Positions 1-12,406 of a stretch of 64,000 bases of DNA are shown one piece after another. Source of the stretch: Opitutaceae bacterium (GTDB lineage: Bacteria > Verrucomicrobiota > Verrucomicrobiia > Opitutales > Coraliomargaritaceae); the NCBI GenBank assembly GCA_051252375.1, contig JBPOFY010000003.1:1-64000 (forward strand), given 5' to 3'. The first letter of the stretch is position 1, and each line of letters starts with the position of its first letter. Both the position numbers and the translations under genes were made by a program. The notes under the pieces were generated by a model that was not told where the DNA came from, made no database searches, and saw nothing but the letters and a program-made list of their open reading frames with translations.

Positions 1-139
1 TTAAATGGGTTTATTCAGCGTTCGATGTTGGACGTTCGATGTTGGATGTTCACTCAGCTACAACCTAGGCTAGTGCCGCAGTTCAGACAACAGGCACAAG
101 TGCCGGTTACTTTGACTTTACCTGAGCCACACTCAGGGC
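1..139 (-). repeat. Direct duplicate (offset 243 bp) of the nrdJ 3' end plus downstream flank; may extend beyond the window start
   Basis: 1-139 matches 244-382 except at positions 78, 81 and 84; encodes PECGSGKVKVTGTCACCLNCGTSLGCS*. Confidence 0.95.
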
Positions 140-185
140 GGGCTTATGCCAGTGGAGAGTGGAGAGTGGGGAGTTGAGAGAGTTT

Positions 186-294
186 GAACATCGAACGTCC
201 AACGTTGAACGTCCAATTTTGAATGTTTATTCTTAGCTCGATATTAAATGGGTTTATTCAGCGTTCGATGTTGGACGTTCGATGTTGGATGTTC
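186..294. repeat. Heptamer-based inverted-repeat intergenic element
   Basis: gaacatcgaacgtccaacgttgaacgtccaattttgaat ... ttcgatgttggacgttcgatgttggatgttc; same family at 14460, 16033 and 61119. Confidence 0.85.
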
Positions 295-296
295 AC

Positions 297-3188
<2,892 letters not shown>

Positions 3189-3206
3189 GATACTCTTGGG
3201 GTTAAA

Positions 3207-3253
3207 TTACTAGATATGGATGAAATTAGGTCAAAATTGACTAAATCTAGTAT
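3207..3253. promoter_or_regulatory. Tandem NrdR boxes upstream of nrdJ
   Basis: Cores CTAGATATGG (3210-3219) and CTAAATCTAG (3241-3250) resemble the NrdR palindrome, are 31 bp apart and lie directly upstream of nrdJ. Confidence 0.7.
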
Positions 3254-3360
3254 CTCTTTTGCCATTTCCCGTGAATCAATCACGACAAAAAGAAAGCATC
3301 TGGAATGTTATGAGTGGGTGTTTTGGGGTGAATTAGTGAAGGTGATTATGTGATTGGATG

Positions 3361-3492
3361 AACCACAGAAATCACAGAAGGCACAAAAGTGAGGCTCTGT
3401 ATTTTGGACAGTTCCGAGCGTAGCGACATCATCCATAATTAGGGGCAGTTCCGAGCGTAGCGACATCATCCATTGTTTTCTCTTGGGATACG
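3361..3492. repeat. Composite intergenic repeat with 2 tandem 37-bp units
   Basis: aaccacagaaatcacagaaggcacaaaa module, then gaggctctgt, then cagttccgagcgtagcgacatcatccat at 3409 and 3446. Confidence 0.9.
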
Positions 3493-3655
3493 TGCGGGAT
3501 GAGGGATGCGGGAAGTGGGGTTGCGGGTATTACGTGTTATTATAGGTTTAATTAGGGTGCATTCAAACGAGTGGATTTGGGGGGTATTCACTAGATGGGT
3601 GCAACTTTTGTGAGTAGTAATACGTCTCAATTGTATACGTTTTTTTACCCCGGTT

Positions 3656-5233
3656 ATGTTGTTCTCTCGATATGCCATTTTTATGATTAGCTGCGGTATT
3701 GTGCTGTGGTCGGGGTCTTTATTTTTAACTGCGCAGGAACGTGAAATTATTGAACCGTTCGAGTCGTCGCGTGCGGCGGAGATGACGGACTTGGATCGAG
3801 CACTGAAAGCAGATTTCCCTGCCAATGGTGTGGAGTGGGCGCCGAATTGTTCGGATGCGATATTTGTGCGGCGGGTGTATTTGGATTTGTTGGGTCGTTT
3901 ACCTCCAGCAAATGCGGTCAAGGCGTTCGTCAGGGATCGTGAAAAAGCGAAGCGTGCGATTCTAATTGATCAGCTACTCGCGAGTGATGATTTCTCTGTT
4001 TATTGGGCGATGAAGTGGAGTGATTTGCTCAGAGTGAAGTCGGAGTTTCCGATCAATCTATGGCCCAATGCGGCGCAGGCTTATCATGAGTGGATCTATA
4101 ATTCGCTGCGTGAGAATAAACCGTATGATGTGTTTGCCCGTGAGTTACTCACCAGTAGCGGCAGCAATTTTCGGCGACCGGCAGTGAATTTCTATCGCGC
4201 GGTGCAGGGGAAGGATGCGGCATCGTTGGCTCGAGTAGCTGCGCAGACTTTTATGGGTGTGCGGCTGGAGAATTGGGCAGATGCGGAGCGGGCGGCCTTA
4301 GAGCTATTCTTCAGTCGGGTGGCGTTTAAATCGACGGCGGAATGGAAAGAGGAAATTATCTATGTGAATCCCGAGTTGTATGCGCCGCTGACTTTGGTGC
4401 CGCCGTTTAGTGCGGCCATTCAGATGCCATCTGGTGGTGATCCGCGCGAGGTCTTTGCGGATTGGTTGATTACACCAAAGAATCGTTGGTTTGCGCGTAA
4501 TCAGGTGAACCGTCAGTGGGCATGGTTGATGGGGCGCGGAATCGTTCATGAGCCAGATGATTTTGGTCCGCATAATCCGGCGTCGCATCCGAAGTTGTTA
4601 CGCTATTTGGAAACGGAGTTGCTTGAGTCCGATTATGATATGCGGCATATCTATGCCTTGATTTTGAAATCGCGATGTTATCAGCAATCCGCGATTCCCA
4701 GTATCGATGAGGCGACGGCTTTGGTGAATTTTGTCTGTTATCCGGTGCGCCGGATGGATGCGGAGGTGTTGTCGGATGTGCTTTGTGAGTTAACCAATAC
4801 GAAGGAAGAATACGTGAGCATGATTCCAGAGCCTTACACTTTCATTCCAGATGACACGCGGACGGTGGCGATCGCAGATGGCAGTATCACGAGCGCTTTT
4901 TTGGAGCTCTTTGGGCGTTCTTCCAGGGACACAGGTTTATTCACAGAACGCGACTCACGACCTACGGATAAGCAGGCGCTGCATTTGCTCAACTCATCTC
5001 ATGTCTGGAAAAAAATCAGTCAGTCAAAGTGGGTGAAGATGCTCTCCGGCGGCACGATCAATTATGAAAAGTTAGAACCTGTCTACCTTACTTTTTATTC
5101 AAGAACACCCACGGAGGCTGAAGTGGCGATCGCTGAGGCCTATGCCTCGGGAGCGGGGCGCAAGCGTTGGCTGGCGGCGCAGGATATACTTTGGGCGATC
5201 ATTAACTCGAAGGAATTTTTATATAACCACTAA
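3656..5233 (+). CDS. DUF1549/DUF1553 domain protein (PVC-type), probably exported
   Basis: FVRRVYLDLLGRLP, WSDLLR, NRQWAWLMGRGIV, SHPKLL, RRMDAE, QALHLLNS, WAIINSKEF; hydrophobic N-terminus. Confidence 0.9.
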   Translation: MLFSRYAIFMISCGIVLWSGSLFLTAQEREIIEPFESSRAAEMTDLDRALKADFPANGVEWAPNCSDAIFVRRVYLDLLGRLPPANAVKAFVRDREKAKRAILIDQLLASDDFSVYWAMKWSDLLRVKSEFPINLWPNAAQAYHEWIYNSLRENKPYDVFARELLTSSGSNFRRPAVNFYRAVQGKDAASLARVAAQTFMGVRLENWADAERAALELFFSRVAFKSTAEWKEEIIYVNPELYAPLTLVPPFSAAIQMPSGGDPREVFADWLITPKNRWFARNQVNRQWAWLMGRGIVHEPDDFGPHNPASHPKLLRYLETELLESDYDMRHIYALILKSRCYQQSAIPSIDEATALVNFVCYPVRRMDAEVLSDVLCELTNTKEEYVSMIPEPYTFIPDDTRTVAIADGSITSAFLELFGRSSRDTGLFTERDSRPTDKQALHLLNSSHVWKKISQSKWVKMLSGGTINYEKLEPVYLTFYSRTPTEAEVAIAEAYASGAGRKRWLAAQDILWAIINSKEFLYNH

Positions 5234-5251
5234 GGAAAGGAAGCTGCTGCG

Positions 5252-6595
5252 ATGATGCCACCATATGAAACACTGACACGCCGCGAGGCGATACAACGCG
5301 GTCTATTGATGGCGGCAGGTGCTAGCATGGCAGGCTTGCCTTTGAGCGCGGCTGTTTCGTCGCCTCCGAAAATCAAGCCACGCGCCAAGGCTGTGATTCA
5401 GATCTGGCTCTGGGGTGGTCCGAGTCATTTGGATACCTTCGACCCGAAGCCGGAAGCAGGGGCAGATTATTATGGTGCCTTTGCTGATCCGATTGAGACG
5501 AATGTTTCTGGAATTCGGATCAACCAGAACTTGCCGCAGCTCGCGAAGCAGGCGGACAAATACAGCATCATCCGTAGCATGACGCACGGGGTGAACGCGC
5601 ATGAGACGGCCTCGTATCTCACGCAGACCGGTCATATGCCGAGCCGCTTTGTGCATCCGACGATGGGAGCAGTCGTGAGTTATTTAAAAGGAGAGCTCGC
5701 GGGGTATAAAGGAGTGGTGCCGCCCTATGTGGTGCTCACTCGGCCGCAGGGGCGCTTTTCGGAAGCTGGCTTCCTCGGGGCGAAGTATAAACCATTCGCG
5801 ACTGGTGGAGATCCGAACAAGCCGATCTTTACGGTGGAGGGAATCGTTGCCGAGGGCATCAGTGATGAGCGGCAGGCAGACCGTCGTGCTTTACTTGGGC
5901 AACTGGATACCTTTGGTCGAAATGTCGGCGAGTGCCCTGAGTTTCTACGCTATGATCAGTGTCAGGAAGAAGCCTATAAATTGATTCTGGGTGATTCGCG
6001 TAGCCTCTTCGACCTAAGCGAAGAAAATGACGCTATGCGCGACCGCTATGGACGCACCACTTTTGGTCAGTCTTGTTTGATGGCACGTCGTCTGGTCGAA
6101 AGTGGCGTGCCTTATGTCACGCTTAACTACAGAGGTTGGGACACGCACAAAGGGCACTTTAAGTTGATGGATCGAATGCTGCCTGACTTAGACCAAGGGG
6201 TGGCTAATTTACTTCAGGATTTATCCTCTCGGGGATTATTGGAGGACACAATCGTCTGGGTCGGTGGCGAGTTTGGTCGCACACCTAAGGTGCAATGGGA
6301 GCCTCCTTGGAGTGGTGGTCGTGGACACTTTGGACGTTGTTTCTCAACCATGATTGCCGGTGGTGGTTTTACGGGCGGCCAAATTGTGGGTGCATCGGAC
6401 GCGAAGGGCGAAGAGGTGAGTGAGCGCCCAGTTTATCCGGTAGATCTGCTGGGCAGTATGTATGAACTTATGGGAATCGATCATTCGGCTGCATTGCCCA
6501 ATCCGCATGGTGAAGTCCTCACCGTGCTGCCTAATGCTGATGATAAATCGATCAAACGTGGCGGCGTGCTGCGCGAAATAATGCCCAGTGTTTAG
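5252..6595 (+). CDS. DUF1501 domain protein with Tat-like signal
   Basis: TRREAIQRG; GGPSHLDTFDPKP, ARRLVESGV, GWDTH, GEFGRTP. Confidence 0.92.
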   Translation: MMPPYETLTRREAIQRGLLMAAGASMAGLPLSAAVSSPPKIKPRAKAVIQIWLWGGPSHLDTFDPKPEAGADYYGAFADPIETNVSGIRINQNLPQLAKQADKYSIIRSMTHGVNAHETASYLTQTGHMPSRFVHPTMGAVVSYLKGELAGYKGVVPPYVVLTRPQGRFSEAGFLGAKYKPFATGGDPNKPIFTVEGIVAEGISDERQADRRALLGQLDTFGRNVGECPEFLRYDQCQEEAYKLILGDSRSLFDLSEENDAMRDRYGRTTFGQSCLMARRLVESGVPYVTLNYRGWDTHKGHFKLMDRMLPDLDQGVANLLQDLSSRGLLEDTIVWVGGEFGRTPKVQWEPPWSGGRGHFGRCFSTMIAGGGFTGGQIVGASDAKGEEVSERPVYPVDLLGSMYELMGIDHSAALPNPHGEVLTVLPNADDKSIKRGGVLREIMPSV

Positions 6596-6602
6596 CTATG
6601 CC

Positions 6603-8777
6603 ATGAAAACATTTTGTTCATTGTGCCTTCTGTTGCTGTTGATTCAGGGTTCTCTCTGGGGGCAGCAAGCTGCATCGCAGACTTACTTGGGATATGCATA
6701 TCCAAGTGGTGGGCAAGTGGGTGATGCCTTTACCGTGCTGCTCGGAGGGCGATACTTGAATGTGCCTAAGAAAGTATTGGTCAGTGGCGAGGGTGTTTCG
6801 GTGGAAGTGGTGAAACACTATCCGGCTTTACAGAAACTCAATGGTGAGCGGATGAAGATGGTTCGTCTGCGTATGGCGCAGCGCGAGTCCGAGCTGACCG
6901 GTGAGCCAGTGCCAAAATTTATAGCTAAGAAATATGAAGAAATGTCGGAGGCGGAAAAGAAGCGAGCGAAGCTACCGGCTAACTCACTATTTGACCGAAT
7001 CGAGGAGATGGATGCGGTAGAGTTGAAGCATTTGAAAGAATTTGTTGCGGAGTATAACCAGCGTCAATTTTCCGGGCAGATCGCGGAGCAAGTTGCATTG
7101 AAGGTGACGATTGCAAAAGAAGCGCCGCTGGGCGTCAGAGAGCTTCGCTTGGTGTCGAATGCAGGGCTGAGTAATCCGATAAGCTTTCAAGTCAGCCGTT
7201 TAAAGGAGCTACGGGAAGTCGAACCGAACGATGGAACCAGTTCGTATTCTGAGACGTCGATGATTGAAGTGTTTCCAGCTGTGATGAATGGTCAGGTCGG
7301 ACCGGGGGATATCGACCGTTTTAAATTTCGTGCGAATCGTGGGCAGCGGATGACTTTTGATTTAATGGCCCGTCGATTGATCCCCTATGTGGCCGATGCG
7401 GTGCCCGGTTGGTTTCAAGCGACTTTGGCGCTCTACGATGGCGAAGGCACTCGCTTGGCTTATGTCGATGATACCTATGGCGATCCAGATCCCAGTTTAG
7501 ATTTTAAATTTGAGAATGATGGGATTTACATCTTGGAGGTGCGTGATGCCATCTATCGCGGGAGTGAGAATTTCGTCTATCGTTTGTTTATGTCTGAACA
7601 TCGATTGTCTGAAAATTTCATACGTCATACGGATGTCGATTATGGCGATAGAGACCTGCCTTTTGTTGACGAGCGAGAGCCGAACAATATCGCAGAAAAT
7701 GCGGATAAGGTGGAGTTCCCGCGAGTAGTTGTGGGACGCATCGGTCGAAAGGGTGATATCGATCAATTTGCTTTTGATGGGAAAGCGGGCGAGGTGGTGA
7801 TCGCTGAAGTGGAGGCGCGCTATTTTGACTCACCGATGGATTCGCTGCTGCGTTTGATTGGACCTGATGGTGAAATGTTGGTGATCAATGACGATTATGT
7901 CGAGAAGCGTGAGCACTTGCACATGGGACCCGGTTTGATGACGCATTACGCCGATTCGTATCTCACCTACGAGTTGCCCAAAAAAGGGCGGTATCGGATC
8001 TCGGTTGAAGATGTGCAACGCAATGGAGGCGAGGATTATAAATATCGTTTAAGGCTTTCGCATCCGATACCGAATTTTGAAGTGCGGGTATCGCCTTCTA
8101 GTTTAAATGTCGGCAGCACGGGCTGCGTGGATTTCCGCGTGTATGTGAATCGCTTGGATGGTTTTGTCGGGCCGATTGAACTCGTTTTGCTTGATCCACC
8201 TCAGGGTATGCGCCTCAGTAATGCGGTCGTTCCAGCTGGTGAGGATGAAGTGTGGGCAACCCTCATCTGGGTCGGAGGTAAGCGTTTTGATGTGAGCACG
8301 ATTCAGCTACAAGCATCGGGTGTTTCGGGCGACCGTATGTTAACGCGCTCTGTTGTTCCCGCCGACAATAGTATGCAGGCGTTTCTTTGGCGGCATCTGT
8401 TACCCGCTCAGGAGCATAAGGTGATGATGGCGTTCGGATATCAGAGTATCTCTGTCGCGAACGGCGATCCGAATACTGCCGTTCAATTACTCGCGAAGAA
8501 AAAAACAGTGTTTAGTATGCCATTGGCAAGAGAAGTGAAGAAAGGTCGTAAGTTTGTATTTAGGCTCAAGGAATCACCCGATGGAGTGGAGCTTGTAAAG
8601 TCGACGATCAAGGGCAAGGCGATCGAGTTTGAATTAATGTGTAGCGAAGTGCTGAGCAAAGATCACTTGGCTGGAAACCTGATTGTTGAGGTCCTCGATC
8701 CATCTAGATCGGGACCCGCGAAGACCAAGCCCATCGGTGTGTTGCCGGCGATCCCTTTCATTATAGATCCATCATGA
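6603..8777 (+). CDS. PPC (pre-peptidase C-terminal)-like repeat protein, secreted
   Basis: Signal peptide; YPSGGQ, EVEPND and EREPNN, GDIDRFKF and GDIDQFAF, DSLLRL repeats; start placed at ATG 6603. Confidence 0.8.
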   Translation: MKTFCSLCLLLLLIQGSLWGQQAASQTYLGYAYPSGGQVGDAFTVLLGGRYLNVPKKVLVSGEGVSVEVVKHYPALQKLNGERMKMVRLRMAQRESELTGEPVPKFIAKKYEEMSEAEKKRAKLPANSLFDRIEEMDAVELKHLKEFVAEYNQRQFSGQIAEQVALKVTIAKEAPLGVRELRLVSNAGLSNPISFQVSRLKELREVEPNDGTSSYSETSMIEVFPAVMNGQVGPGDIDRFKFRANRGQRMTFDLMARRLIPYVADAVPGWFQATLALYDGEGTRLAYVDDTYGDPDPSLDFKFENDGIYILEVRDAIYRGSENFVYRLFMSEHRLSENFIRHTDVDYGDRDLPFVDEREPNNIAENADKVEFPRVVVGRIGRKGDIDQFAFDGKAGEVVIAEVEARYFDSPMDSLLRLIGPDGEMLVINDDYVEKREHLHMGPGLMTHYADSYLTYELPKKGRYRISVEDVQRNGGEDYKYRLRLSHPIPNFEVRVSPSSLNVGSTGCVDFRVYVNRLDGFVGPIELVLLDPPQGMRLSNAVVPAGEDEVWATLIWVGGKRFDVSTIQLQASGVSGDRMLTRSVVPADNSMQAFLWRHLLPAQEHKVMMAFGYQSISVANGDPNTAVQLLAKKKTVFSMPLAREVKKGRKFVFRLKESPDGVELVKSTIKGKAIEFELMCSEVLSKDHLAGNLIVEVLDPSRSGPAKTKPIGVLPAIPFIIDPS

Positions 8778-9967
8778 AGACATCGAAGAAGTCATATCTG
8801 CATAAGATGAATATCCCATTTGAAGCAGGAGCGATTCAAATCAGAACAGCGTCTTTCGTCGGCGTGGATGGTTTAAATGAGTTTCATATTATGCTACAGC
8901 CCAACTGGGGAGGGGACTTTGCTTTGCAGCTCGATCGCCTGTCGGAGGCATACAGTCATGCCTTGAAGAGTTTAGGTTTGGCGGAAGAGTCGGCTGTGTT
9001 GCGACGTTTCTTCTGTAGTGATCCCGCCAATCAACAAGCGATTTTGGAAGCGCATCCACTGGCCGATATTGAGGCACCCTGCGCGATCTCATTCGTCGGG
9101 CAGGCACCCTTGCCACGCGGAAAGGTGGCGATGTGGGCGTATCATGTCACTTCGTCGAATGAGGAACTGCTGAAGAAACGCACTGGAGAGAGCGTTGAAT
9201 TGCATCGCGGTGAGCTGACGCATTATTGGACAACGAACTCGGTTTGCCCGTCAGGAGAAGGATCGTATACGCAAACGCAGGGGATTTTTGAAGACTACAT
9301 TCACTTTCTTAAAAAGCGGGATATGCGGCTTGATTTGAATGTAGTGCGGACCTGGCTCTATGCGCGCGATGTTGATTCGACATATAAAGGTCTGGTCGAT
9401 GCACGGCGTGAGTTGTTCATCGAGCAGGGGTTGACACCCGAAACACATTATATCGCGAGCACGGGGATCGAGGGGCGTTCTGCACAGACTGAGGTGAAGG
9501 TGTCAATGGATGCTTATGCAGTGGCAGGGTTGCGCGCTGAGCAGTTACGATTTTTACAGGCACCTAAAAACCTCGGGCCCACCATCATGTATGGCGTGAG
9601 TTTTGAGCGTGCCACTGCGACACGATATTGTGATCGCCAACATATCTTTATCTCAGGGACAGCGAGTATTGATCCCGCCGGAGTGATTCTCAACGAGGGT
9701 GATGTGATGGGGCAACTGGGTCGGGTTTTGTTGAATATTGAAGCGCTCTTGGCGGATGCTTCTGCAAGCTTGGACTCGGTGGCGAGTTTCATTGTCTATT
9801 TGCGCGACCCTGACGATGCCGAACGCGTCAACGCGGTGTTGGAAAAACGCTTTCCCGACACCCCGCTGGTGGTGGTATGGGGCCCTGTTTGTCGCCCTGG
9901 ATGGTTGATCGAAATCGAAGCGATTGCGGTGACGGCGTATACCGACCCGACTCTGCCTGTATATTAA
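8774..9967 (+). CDS. Tandem RidA/YjgF-fold hydrolase, chorismatase (FkbO/Hyg5)-like
   Basis: SFERAT, ISGTASID, VCRPGWLIEIEA; ATGA overlap with the upstream gene. Confidence 0.75.
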   Translation: MKTSKKSYLHKMNIPFEAGAIQIRTASFVGVDGLNEFHIMLQPNWGGDFALQLDRLSEAYSHALKSLGLAEESAVLRRFFCSDPANQQAILEAHPLADIEAPCAISFVGQAPLPRGKVAMWAYHVTSSNEELLKKRTGESVELHRGELTHYWTTNSVCPSGEGSYTQTQGIFEDYIHFLKKRDMRLDLNVVRTWLYARDVDSTYKGLVDARRELFIEQGLTPETHYIASTGIEGRSAQTEVKVSMDAYAVAGLRAEQLRFLQAPKNLGPTIMYGVSFERATATRYCDRQHIFISGTASIDPAGVILNEGDVMGQLGRVLLNIEALLADASASLDSVASFIVYLRDPDDAERVNAVLEKRFPDTPLVVVWGPVCRPGWLIEIEAIAVTAYTDPTLPVY

Positions 9968-9981
9968 GCCGACCTTCTGAC

Positions 9982-10343
9982 CTTAATCATAATCTTATTC
10001 TTAATCCTAATCGATTAGGATTCTCGTATACGACTGAGGCTCTGTTTTTATAGACAGTTCCGAGCGTAGCGACATCATCCATAATTGGGGGCAGTTCCGA
10101 GCGTAGCGACATCATCCATAATTGGGGGCAGTTCCGAGCGTAGCGACATCATCCATTGTTTTCCTTGGGATACGTTGAGGGAGTGGGGGTAACCGCAGAG
10201 GACGCCGAGAGCGCAGAGAAAGACTGGAGGGACGTGTTTCACACGTCCGCGGGGTGTGAATTGAGACCGAGAATGGGTTAACCACAAAAATCACAGAAGG
10301 CACAAAAGTGGTTCTACATCGGGTCCTGTGATTTCTGTGGTTA
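9982..10343. repeat. Composite intergenic repeat with 3 tandem 37-bp units
   Basis: Hexamer cttaat tract; 37-bp units at 10055, 10092 and 10129; ggagggacgtgtttcacacgtccgcg; aaccacaaaaatcacagaaggcac with inverted arm. Confidence 0.9.
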
Positions 10344-10382
10344 AACTATGTCACCTTTTTTGGTGATGCTTAGTTTCTTATT

Positions 10383-10730
10383 CTAGCTGCGGGCGCGGCT
10401 GAGCATGATTTGATTGCCGTCGGTGTCTTCGCACATGGCGAGGTGGGGTGGTTCGCCGTTTTCGGGTTGGGGTTCGCGTTCGCATTTGCCACCTGCGGCG
10501 ATGACCTCTGCGGCACCTTTCGCGACATCGGCCACCTGAAAAGTGATCCCTGTCCAGGTCTGCTTACCTGAACCGCCGCCGTGGATAGCAATCAATCCAC
10601 CTGCGACTTCGATCTCGGTGATGTGTGGATTCTGTCGAACGATTGCCCCGCCAAAGCAAGTTTGATAGAAGTTCGCTGCGCGCTCCGCGTCGGACGCCCA
10701 GATAGTGTATTTTAGTTTTTCAACCTGCAT
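10383..10730 (-). CDS. VOC/glyoxalase family protein
   Basis: DAERAANFY, ITFQVADV, EDTDGNQIML. Confidence 0.85.
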   Translation of the reverse strand: MQVEKLKYTIWASDAERAANFYQTCFGGAIVRQNPHITEIEVAGGLIAIHGGGSGKQTWTGITFQVADVAKGAAEVIAAGGKCEREPQPENGEPPHLAMCEDTDGNQIMLSRARS

Positions 10731-10866
10731 GCTATCTATGTAATCAGTGAGTCCCTAGAAGCGAACTTCTAATGGTGATTATAAGCAATATTGGGAGTGT
10801 TAGTAGCCCTATTGTTCCTTTAATAAACACGTTGATCTGTTTGATTTTAATCGATTTAATTTAATC

Positions 10867-11988
10867 ATGGCTCAAGAAACGGTCGAAGACCTCAAACAAG
10901 TAATTCAAGATTTGGAATTGCGGCTGGAAATTGCCTTGATGTGCGCCAATCAAGTTTGGTGGGAGTGGGACATCCCGTCGGGAGCGTTAAAAACGCATGC
11001 GGTTAAAGACTGTATCTTAGGATATGATTTATTCGCGATCAGTCATCATCAGGATTTTTGGTTTGATGCGGTGCCTGAAGAAGAGCGAGAGGTGGTCTGG
11101 CGAACTTTACGAGAGCACTTTGATGGCAAGGTTGAAATCTGGGAACTGGAGCACCGCTATCGAAATCCAAAAGGTGTCTATAAGTGGGTGCTCGAGATGG
11201 GCAAAGTTGTCTCTTGGAACTCGGACGGTAGCCCTTTGCGGATGGTCGGCATTACGCAAGCGATTCACGAAAAGAAAATGAAAGACCAGGAGTTGAAGGA
11301 AAAAAATGATCAACTCACTGCGGCTTTGAAACTGAAGGATGTTGTGCTGGCTTCAGCCTCGCATGATGTGAAGAACACGCTCAATGCGGGTTGGGCTATG
11401 TTGCAATTACTGGAAACGGAAAGCTTCGGTTCTACTGAAGAGTTTAGTATCATTCAGAGTTCACTTGGACAATCCATTGACCTGATCTCAAGTATCCATG
11501 AATTGGCTAGCGACGAAATGTCGGTTGCTGAGAACTATCTCATTAACATTGAAGATGTCATTAATGAGAGCGCTAAATTTCATCGATTTGCTGCAGAAGA
11601 AAAGAATCTCGATTTGAACATTGAAGTAAATGCGGATCATAGGGTCATCCTTGATGGTCTTGGACTGCGTCGGATCTTGGATAACCTGCTAGGTAATGCG
11701 ATTAAGTTTACGGACAGTGGGCGCATTTCCATCGTAGACCGATCGACCGAGGCCGATGTCATCATTGAGGTGAGTGATACCGGCAGCGGGATACCAGAGG
11801 ACAGAGTCCATTTACTCTTTGTCCCATTTACGAAACTTTCCGACAAAATAGAGGGTTCGGGCTTGGGCTTGAGTATCTGTGAGCGTCTAGCTGCTAAAAT
11901 GGACGGCTCACTCACATTTCAGCATAATGTGCCCACCGGGTCTGTGTTTACTTTAAGTATCCCACGACCTGCGAAGGCGATTGTGTAG
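10867..11988 (+). CDS. PAS-domain sensor histidine kinase (orphan)
   Basis: WWEWDI...EHRYR..G.YKWV PAS/PAC; H-box SHDVKN; NLLGNAIKFT, DTGSGI, GSGLGL. Confidence 0.9.
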   Translation: MAQETVEDLKQVIQDLELRLEIALMCANQVWWEWDIPSGALKTHAVKDCILGYDLFAISHHQDFWFDAVPEEEREVVWRTLREHFDGKVEIWELEHRYRNPKGVYKWVLEMGKVVSWNSDGSPLRMVGITQAIHEKKMKDQELKEKNDQLTAALKLKDVVLASASHDVKNTLNAGWAMLQLLETESFGSTEEFSIIQSSLGQSIDLISSIHELASDEMSVAENYLINIEDVINESAKFHRFAAEEKNLDLNIEVNADHRVILDGLGLRRILDNLLGNAIKFTDSGRISIVDRSTEADVIIEVSDTGSGIPEDRVHLLFVPFTKLSDKIEGSGLGLSICERLAAKMDGSLTFQHNVPTGSVFTLSIPRPAKAIV

Positions 11989-12000
11989 CCGTGAGAGGGC

Positions 12001-12401
12001 ACGAAAGGGTTTAACCACAGAAACTAAGGCTCTGTTTTTTAGACAGTTCCGAGCGCAGCGACATCATCCATAATTTATGGCAGAATGATTATTGGAGGGA
12101 CGTGTTTCACACGTCCGCGCGAGGTGAGTTTAGCCGCGAGAAGATTTAACCGCGAAGGCCACTAAGTGCACGAAGGTCGGACAGACAAGGAAGAGACACG
12201 AAAGGGTTTAACCTAAGAAATCACAGAAGGCACAAAAATGATGTCACGTTGGGTTCTGTGATTTTTGTGTTTTCTGTGGTTCCTGACTTTATCGACGCAC
12301 TGCGGACGCGACAGAGCGCGTCCCTCCATGAATGATTCACCATTGCTACGCCATCTACGGCAGACCTCCGTCGATATTGAGCCTTGGATGTTTGATGTTT
12401 G
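12001..12401. repeat. Composite intergenic repeat cluster (one 37-bp unit, REP-like hairpins, nonamer and heptamer arms)
   Basis: cagttccgagcgcagcgacatcatcc at 12044; ggagggacgtgtttcacacgtcc at 12094; ggacgcgacagagcgcgtccctcc at 12304. Confidence 0.85.
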
Positions 12402-12406
12402 TAGCG

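Noticed and set aside
1..139. DGR template/variable repeat pair with the nrdJ tail
   Set aside because: Differences are synonymous and not at template adenines, and no reverse transcriptase is present.
3466..3921. 151-aa ORF and other short ORFs across repeat regions (10075-10303, 12213-12425, 32235-32479)
   Set aside because: They overlap real genes on the opposite strand or are translations of repeat modules.
10055..10156. 37-bp tandem repeats as a CRISPR array (also 3409-3473)
   Set aside because: Units are head-to-tail with no unique spacers, there are only 1-3 copies per site, and no cas genes are in the window.
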